A DNA stretch of 64,000 bases, from NCBI GenBank assembly GCA_030141605.1, contig JAQGDQ010000196.1:344394-408393 (forward strand), in the 5' to 3' direction. Under the pieces are notes generated by a model. The model made no database searches. It was not told the origin of the DNA and saw nothing but the letters and a program-made list of their open reading frames with translations. This document shows, one piece after another, positions 55,920 through 64,000 of the stretch. Positions within the stretch are counted from its first letter, which is position 1, and every line of letters starts with the position of its first letter. The position numbers were made by a program, and so were the translations under genes. The DNA is from Tubiluchus corallicola. Its lineage: Eukaryota; Animalia; Priapulida.

Positions 55920-57047
55920 ATGGAGAAGTCTCGTGATGCAAGGTCCGTTGACTTGGACAATAATCCTAAACATCTAAAGCAAGAAGAGGAGATAAACACT
56001 GAGTCACCTCCCACAAGTGGCAATAACTTCAATGTTATTTTTGAAACTGGTTTGTATCAGCAACTAAGGCCACTGTTGACAAGCGCAATGTTTTTTGGTC
56101 TCTTTCATATTCCTAACTGCAGAAAGAAAAATGCACTATTTGGACTTGTATTGTTGTGCTCTCGTAGCACCATTTGGTCATTAATTAATCTGATCTTTGT
56201 CACTTCAACAACTGTGCTCTTGTTTCTGATTGATTATGAGGATATTGAGACAGTGATACTCACAACGCCAACAGGAATTGCAAAAATGTTTGTCATTTTA
56301 ATGCAGGCAACATTATCTTTGATAAGATGGCTGATCTTCTTTGCTGGTCTCAGAATGGCACACATTATGGAAAAATCATATGAGGTTCAAGAAGCAGAAA
56401 AAATCTATTCTTCTCTTATTCCTACAAAAAAGAACAAGAAGAAAAATTTCGAGAAAAGAATGGTATGGAGCCTGACTGTATTTGGATGGATTGTTATTTT
56501 TTACTCGTCTGTCAAGGAAGTTTTTGTTTTCTGTGAGATATTTGTGGAAGATCTGGAAAAGGGAGCCATTTTTGACATTGTGGCGATAATCATACTTTTC
56601 CTGTATGACAAATTTCTGTTGGCAACCGTCATGTTTCCCGCATTTACCATAACGAGTTTATCTTTTATATTAAAGACTAATCAAAATTTGGCACTGAAAA
56701 TGGAAAATCTCTCAGATGAAGAGATTATGTTATTTTTGAAAAGGCAAACGAAGTATGTTCATCTGGTCAAGGCCATAGACAACGTCATATCTCCGACATT
56801 GTTGATGATCTGTCTGGCAAGTTTTATGGTAGTTGTGGTACAAATTTATCTTTTCAGTCACAATTTCTATTCTGGCATTCCCCCAGGTCATCTGCAGCAA
56901 TATTTGTATGTCTACTCTACCATGCAGTCTGTATCATTTCTGATGATTCTGGTTAGCTGTACAGCAGTACATGAAAGCGTTATGGAGGCTGAAACAAAGT
57001 TACATGAGTTGAATAAAGAAAGTCTGGGGGACACAGTACGTTATGAA
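55920..57047 (+). CDS. Gr/Grl variable exon E (second cassette; constant exons not in window)
   Basis: YQQLRPLLTSAMFFGLFH and six TM segments. Ends VRYE|GTAAGT, phase 0. Confidence 0.83.
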
Positions 57048-58329
57048 GTAAGTTTTTATCATTACCTTGCTGAAGACATTTATAAATGTCCCTCTTGTTT
57101 ACAAGTATGAAGACGATAGTCTAAATGGTAGATTATCTTAAAGAAACGGCCCCAAATGATGGTAATCGTGAACAGAAAGATGTTTTCTTAAAAATGTTTA
57201 TTTATTTTTCACATTATGCGTGCAATCCAACAGTAACAAAACAAAATTCATGCTTGTGAAGCAGCAGTGAGCTAAGGTAATTACGAAAATGTATGAAGAA
57301 ATATCAAGATTAGCAAAGAAAATAAGCAAACAGATTGATTAAACTGTCATATTCCAAATTACTCAAAACAAGCGTTCTAGAGTTATCGAAAGTCAGCACC
57401 AACGAGGTGCATCAGTGGCTTTGTATGAAATGCACAATAGTTAAATGTTTAGAAATTTTGATAGTGTACCACGTGAACACCCAGAATCTCCCATTCTCCC
57501 AGGAAGCTTTAAAAATTCCCCCACGTACATCAGTTTTGGACCACATAAGCAACGCTATACAGCAACTAAATAATAATAACTTCAGCATAGACGTGTTACG
57601 TGATGACACCAGCAAAGGTGTTGATATATATTTTTGAGCTGATCGTTTTGCCCAACTGCTACAATGTGTTAAATTGTTAGGGTACTCTAAACTTGCTGAA
57701 CTATCTTCGTGTGACATCTTCAGCTCAGGTACCCTCAGCGAGTACTTCGTGACCGTGTTCAATACTCTCTCTTGGAGGTTTCATTTAGTATACTATTTTA
57801 AGCTGCCTACTTTGCTGGTTGAGGATAGTTCACCTCTGCCAGCTTAGTGACTTATCTCTGAGAGTTAACATTGAAATAAATTAGGCTCTGGTCTCTTACC
57901 ACAAATATAACAACGAATAGGCCCTGATCTATTCGATGTTTATTCGTTTTCCTACAAAGAGAATCATCTATAAAGCAGCTTATCCAAAGATTTTCTGAAC
58001 TTATTACGCGATAGTATGCCAGCTGACCACCCATCGGTGGACAAGTTAAATAAGATACTGTTATTGTTTCGCCTAGCTAAGATGCTTACAATGACAAGCA
58101 AGAGAGAATATGGTCTTACGTATTTACAGAAATATGATGATAAAGGCTTGAAATCTTAAATTACCCAACTATATTTGCCTGTTAGTCTTAATAATGTGCA
58201 CTTGTGTTAATAGAGTTTGGCAACTAAAAGTTTAGCTTTATCGACCATCAGAAAGTTTTGAAATTAACATATGGGGCTAGTAATTCAATTACTTTACTCA
58301 TGTAAGGTAATCTTATAGCATTGTAAAAT

Positions 58330-58800
58330 GGACATGTTAATAAATAAAACAACTCATCTCTACTTTCTTAAAACTACTGATTAAAGATTTGTTTCTAGTA
58401 TCAATGGAAAGCTTATTGCATTCATTTATATAAGACAGGAAGAAACTTGATTGAAAGTAGTTAGAATTGCAAGACATTAACGACAAATTTTCACTATTAT
58501 GCAAATTATAATAAGTTCTATCATAAACATGTAGCACAAGTAGAGAAGTAAGGTAACACGGAGAAGCTCCTTTAACTATTTTATAAAATAAAAGCATTTT
58601 ATGAATGTATCTTTTGTGTGACATGTTTTCCCAAGAAAGATCTTTCAGCAATTTCTCACCGTATGTAACAAAAACAGCCCCTGTCACTACTAACGAAGCA
58701 TGGTACTGAATTTGCTCAACAACTAGAACACTTGCTTCTGAACAATATTTTAGCAATCACAGTATTCAAATGAGAGGATGAGGAAAAATAACTATAATAT
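58330..58800 (-). mobile_element. Decayed CR1/L2-group LINE ORF2 C-terminal fragment
   Basis: EQIQY.A.LVVTGA...KLLKDLSWE....R..HKMLLFYKIV.G..P.YL...SSFF...I.E.NKL is the typical ORF2 tail. Confidence 0.75.
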
Positions 58801-60368
58801 AATATGTTGGGATTTAACGCTGGATATCAGCTCTGAAAAGAAGTCGAGTTAATTACTCTTAGGCGCAGTTTGCAGTTGCACTCAAAGGGATAGACGGCAG
58901 CACATGTCCATTGAGTAAATGAAGCCAGTATTAAGGAATCAGAATCAGAATCAGTGTAAGTTAAGGAAGAATCAGAATCAGTATTAAGTTAAGGGGCGAG
59001 GTCGACTTGTGCGAGCATCAAGTGAAAAATAGTCAAGTTAAAGTCGACCAATACTTTGGTGCTGTCAAGGCACTGAGTCAGTAGGAGAATAAAGAAGTGA
59101 AGTGCGAAAGAATAAAGTATTCAAATATTGGGTGTACCCAAAAACGATGTTGTCACTTCCTGTATCGCCTACTTTCTTCTAGAATTTTGCAGTATAATTT
59201 TGGCGGACAGAAAAGTTAATAATCTGTGCAGAGGATTGTTAATAATCGGTTTTAGTGGTTTTACGTAGTGCGCTCTTCAGTGAAAAACTGTATCATTTAA
59301 ATTTGCTAATCCATGGTTAAAACCTAAGTAACAAATTGTCAATTATTCTTTTTCGAAAATTAAAGACATCGCATCCTTGAATTTTTTTAAATATGTATTC
59401 GATTCAAGATTTTCGTATTTAAGTTTGTGTAAATTTGTTTTTTATAATTATTATTTCTATAGTTACTCAATTGGACCCAAATACCTGCTAGACCCCAAAG
59501 TCATTCAGTACGATTCCGGCTCCTAAACGCAACCATACGAATGGCAAGACTATAATTGTTTGATTGGCCAGATATTAGTAACCGTGTCATTCTGGTATCG
59601 TTCACGTTGCTAGTAAAACAGCAAAGAAGCGAAATTAATAATAATAATAATAAAAAAATAAAAAATAAAATAATTATTATAATTATAATAATAATAATAG
59701 TAACCTTTATTTAAAGTCAGCATTAAATTCAAAAGACAACACAAGTCTGCCACGACGCTTTTGTGGTTTCTATCTCTAATGACCAGTGTTGAAATGCTCA
59801 AATCTTTCTGTGCAAAATCTAAATATGCTAACGTTTGTCCGCCTGCTGTCCTTTCTGGCTGGTTCTATCGTTTGCTGAAGACCTTTAATGAATTAGTTTC
59901 AGGTAGTCAAAGCATATGACCATAGTACCTGGAATATTAATGGTGCATTTTATAGAGTTGGGAATAACACTGTCTCAAAATTTAATGAAGATGGCTTTGT
60001 GGCCTATTTGCCAGTGACATTATTTGTCTAATTGAAGCACATTCTAATTCTAGTCCACAGATTATGCTTAAAATCTATACATGTGTACAAAATTGTCATC
60101 CCAATTCAGATAAGCGCCATTTTGGAGATTGTTCTAGTGAAGAATTCAATTCGCCGCGGTGCAAAATCCATTGACAGTAAATGTTCCGAATATATTTCGT
60201 TAAAATGTTAAAAGATTTCTTTGATCTTGAAAGAGATGTGTATATCAGTGCAACATATGGTATCACCAAGGGATGCGTCTTTTAATTTGCGAAATAATTT
60301 GGATGTTTTTACTTTATTAAAAAATGATATTATTAAATTTAGAATGCAAGATGAACCTGATTTCATTT

Positions 60369-63300
60369 TATATATATATATATATATATAATAATCTTTA
60401 TTTGCCATTAAAAACATTGATAATCACTGATAAAAACTTTATAGAGATAATCAATCAGTGTTAGTTAATAAAAACTTACACTGCTGAAGGCAAATGCGTC
60501 AGTGCAATCTAAACTACTGTGCAGTAATGACGAATAAAAGCAAACATATTTACAACTATACACAAAAAAATATAAAAAAAACTATGATTTAATTAATATG
60601 GCCGTGGGTATATGAATTCGGAATTAGTGTGTATGTTGTCGTACTGGTGTGATGGTATTTCATATCTGGTTAATATTAGTGATTTTAATTTTGTTTTAAA
60701 TGCTGATAGGGACTTGATTTGTTTAACCTGTAATGGTAGAGAATTCCAAAGTAAAATTGCTTGTTTGATTACAGAGTTCGTTCCATAGTGGGTATTTGTC
60801 CTAATTTGTTTTAGATTGCTTGTTCTGGAATTAACGATAGGATTTGGAAAAAAGATAAATCTGTTATTCTGGAATGGTTTGCTGATGTTGTTAATATATT
60901 TATATATAAAAAGCAGAGTAAAATATTCTTTGTGTGCTTCAATGATTGGGAATTTTAAAGTTTTTCTCAGGTTAGTTGTTGAAGCTTTGAATTTTTGTCT
61001 ACTTGCCTTGTGTTTGTATGAGTACCCAGCTATCAATCTCAACGCATAGTTTTGAAGGAGATTTAATTTTAAGTAATTTTCTCTTTTGGTTTTTTGAAGT
61101 AGCGTACATCCATATAAGAAGTGTGGTAGAACTAAAGTTTTATATATTAGTGTTTTAGTTTCCTTTGTTAGTTGCCCTTTAACTTGTCGGAGATATGATG
61201 TGCTAGATGCCATTTTTGTGTATATGTTATTAAAGTGATCATCCCATGAAAGATTATTGTCTACTTGTATGCCCAGGAATTTAACATTGTTAGTTTTTTT
61301 TGATTACAGCATTATCTATTGTCAAAGTGGTTGATGATGCATCATTAGTATTTAATGAGGGTGACAGTATCATGAATTCTGTTTTGTCATTATTCATTTT
61401 TAGCTTGTAATGACTAAATGCCATATTTATATTTTTTATATCTTCTTCTAAATAATTTTTTGCAGTTTGGACATTTTCATGGGCTATGTAGATTGTAGTG
61501 TCATCAGCGTATTGCGTTATTTGTGAGTGTTTTAATACACTGGATATGTTGTTTATATATAGGCAAAATAATAACGGACCTAGTAGTGTTCCTTGCGGTA
61601 TACCTCTGTTTAACGTGGCCCAGTCAGAAAAGTTGGTTGTATCTAACTTTACTCGTTGTTGTCTATCTTTGAGATAATTTTGTATCAGTTTTAACGATAT
61701 CGAATCTAATCCGATTTGTTTTAAATTATCGTAAAGTAGTTCGTGATTAATGCTATCGAAAGCTTTACTTAAATCCAAAAATGCTGCTAAAATGTATTGC
61801 TTGTTGTCTAAACTATGTCTCCAATTTTCTGTTGTGTGTATTAGGGCGTCAATGGTTGAATGATGTTTACGGAAGCCAAACTGATGTTTTGATAAAAGTT
61901 CATGTTTATTTACATATGAATTTATCTGATCATAAATTACCCTTTCCCAAACTTTGCCGAAACAATGGATTACGGAAATTGGGCGATAATTCATGGGATC
62001 ACATTTTGGATCTTTTTTATGGATTGGAGTCACATTTGCCATTTTACATACCGTTGGAAATTTGCCTCTCATAATTATCTGATTAGCAATGTAAGTCATA
62101 TGCGGGGCTATTACAGATGCGCTATCTTTTAGAATTTTGATAGGAATATCTGATGGTCCACTCCCTTTGTTGGAACTTAGGTTATTTAATATGTCGTTAA
62201 TTTCTCCTACTGTGACGCTTTTGAATGAGAATACTGTGTTAGACGATTTGTTTTTTAATTTATTAATTATATTATTGCTAATATGAGAAGCCACTCCCTT
62301 AAAATTTCCAAGATTCAGGAATATTGCATTTAACGCGTTGGCAATATCTTTGGGTTTTGTAATAACAGTGTTGTTGATCTTAATTTCGTCAACACGCGTT
62401 AGTTTGTTACGGCATTTATTTATTACATTGTTAATAATTTTCCATTTTTCTTTGGTATTTGTTGCGTTTTTACATTGTTGTTGTATATGTTTATTTTTCA
62501 AGCATTTATTAAGATTATTAAATTGATTTCTCTTTTTTTTATAATTGTTATGATTGTTTTTAGTTTTGTTCTTTTCCCATATATTATACATTCTGTTTTT
62601 CGCTATTCTTAGTTTGCCAAGTTCAGGTGTTGTCCAGGTACTTTCGTTATTGAGTTTGCTTTGTTGTGGGATTTGCTTTACGTTTTTATATGGTGCATGT
62701 ACATTAAGGCAATATTCGACATTATATGTCAGAATATTAACTTGTGTATCTATTTTATCAGTCATATATATGGAGGTCCAGTTCATTTTTGCTAAGTCGA
62801 TTAAGTATGAATGTTTGTTGTATTGGGCGTAGTCTCTCATTAAATGCCAGACTGAATTTTGGTTATTATTATGCTGTGGGGTCATTTATCTACTAATATT
62901 GTGAAATGATGATCTGAATAATCACACGGGAAAGTATCATATGCTACGAAATTATTGTTACTATTCGAAATGAAATGGTCGATTACTGTAGCTGATGTTT
63001 TAGAAATTCGAGTAGGTTTATTGTTGTTAAGTATGTGGACATTATATTGTTTTAAAAGCTCTGTGTATGTTTTGTATGCCAGTGTGTTTGTAGCTAAAAT
63101 ATCAAGGTTGAAATCGCCCATTATAAGAACTTTTTTATTTTCGAAAACACTGCGTTCTAGTTCTTCACTAAAGTATTTGAAAAATGTTTTGTGTTTGAGA
63201 TTGGGTGGTCTATATATGGTTCCTATTACATAGTTCTCAATGCTGCACCAAACAGATTCAATCTTGCCGGTTCTGATGCCTTTCATTTCTTGTGGTCTCA

Positions 63301-63940
63301 GGTGTGAAGGTATATACATTGCAACCCCTCCACCTTTCTTATTTTTACATCTATCTCTTCTTATTAATGTGTGATTAGGTAATTCTATAGTGTTGCTAAG
63401 TATTTGTTTATGTAGCCAAGTTTCTGTTGTGCCTACAATCAGATTTTCGGTGGCGTGAATTGTATCTTTCAGCAGCCAGTGTTTTTTGACGAGACTTTGA
63501 ATATTTATATTTAGAAATTTGATGTTCTTTTTATAAGTAATCATGCATTTTTTTAGCTCATCACTGGTATTATTATTGTTGGTGTTATTATTATTATTAT
63601 TTGGCAAAATGGGTCCAGGGTTAGTTGCGATACCACCAAGTATAAGTAGTAAACGAATTATGGTTAAAATGTAAGCCAGTTCAGAACATGAGTATAGAGT
63701 GCTTTCAAATTTAGATGAAATCTGTAATTTTTCCAATTTTTTTAGAGCTACGTATTTTAGATTGACATGACGCATTTGTCTTATAGCACTGAGGTACACA
63801 ACTTTTAAGATGGATACAAATCTTTTTAAAATAAATTGCATAGAGTGTCTTATTCTATCGCTATTTACAGGAAAAGCAATGAAAAAGTTGTTTAAATTAC
63901 CTTTAGTCATTACATTACAAATTACTGTTACGTAGATCAT
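60369..63940 (-). mobile_element. Near-complete CR1/L2-group LINE ORF2 (APE endonuclease + reverse transcriptase) with two frameshifts and a (TA)n tail
   Basis: APE: NINIQSL, TETWL, GGGVAMYI, IYRPP, MGDFNLD, IDHF, SDHH. RT: NYRPIS, QFGFRK.HST, DLSKAFD, GIPQGTLLGPLLF, QYADDT, then KFLGIQVDNNLSW after the shift at ~61290. 3' end is aataaagattat(ta)n. Confidence 0.95.
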
Positions 63941-64000
63941 TTTCAGTTTTAGTATGGATAGTAATGTACGTAGAATAACTAAGACGTAAGCATAGTTACA

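Noticed and set aside
57335-60200. Candidate constant exons for D/E (ORFs 57335..57637 and 57412..57762; acceptor-like tttcag at ~59900)
   Set aside because: No similarity to the IL3/TM7 peptides and no TYhhhhhQF-like motif in the frames I read.

Overview
AT-rich invertebrate animal (metazoan) genomic DNA. There are no prokaryotic features, and the host taxon cannot be fixed from the sequence. The first ~25 kb is non-coding: mini- and microsatellites, SINE/MITE remnants and a candidate promoter. It is followed by an internally deleted pogo-type DNA transposon (24633-25585), an intronless Shaker/Kv1 potassium channel ORF (~26.5-28.0 kb), a decayed LINE, and an intronless BTB-BACK-MATH-like gene (39253-40590). 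The most notable structure is a gustatory-receptor-like (Gr/Grl, 7TM ion channel) locus with variable-exon/constant-exon architecture. Five large paralogous exons each encode TM1-TM6 and stop at the same phase-0 donor (RYE|GT). The window holds only one pair of downstream exons (50166-50255, 50884-51045) encoding the end of IL3 and TM7 (TFFIVIVQF). Exons A, B and C most simply splice alternatively onto this shared pair, while D and E begin a second cassette whose constant exons are not in the window. The 3' 270 nt of neighbouring variable exons look homogenised by gene conversion. A near-intact CR1/L2-group LINE with a degenerate 2A-like motif occupies the last ~3.6 kb. All splice models are read from sequence and need transcript confirmation.
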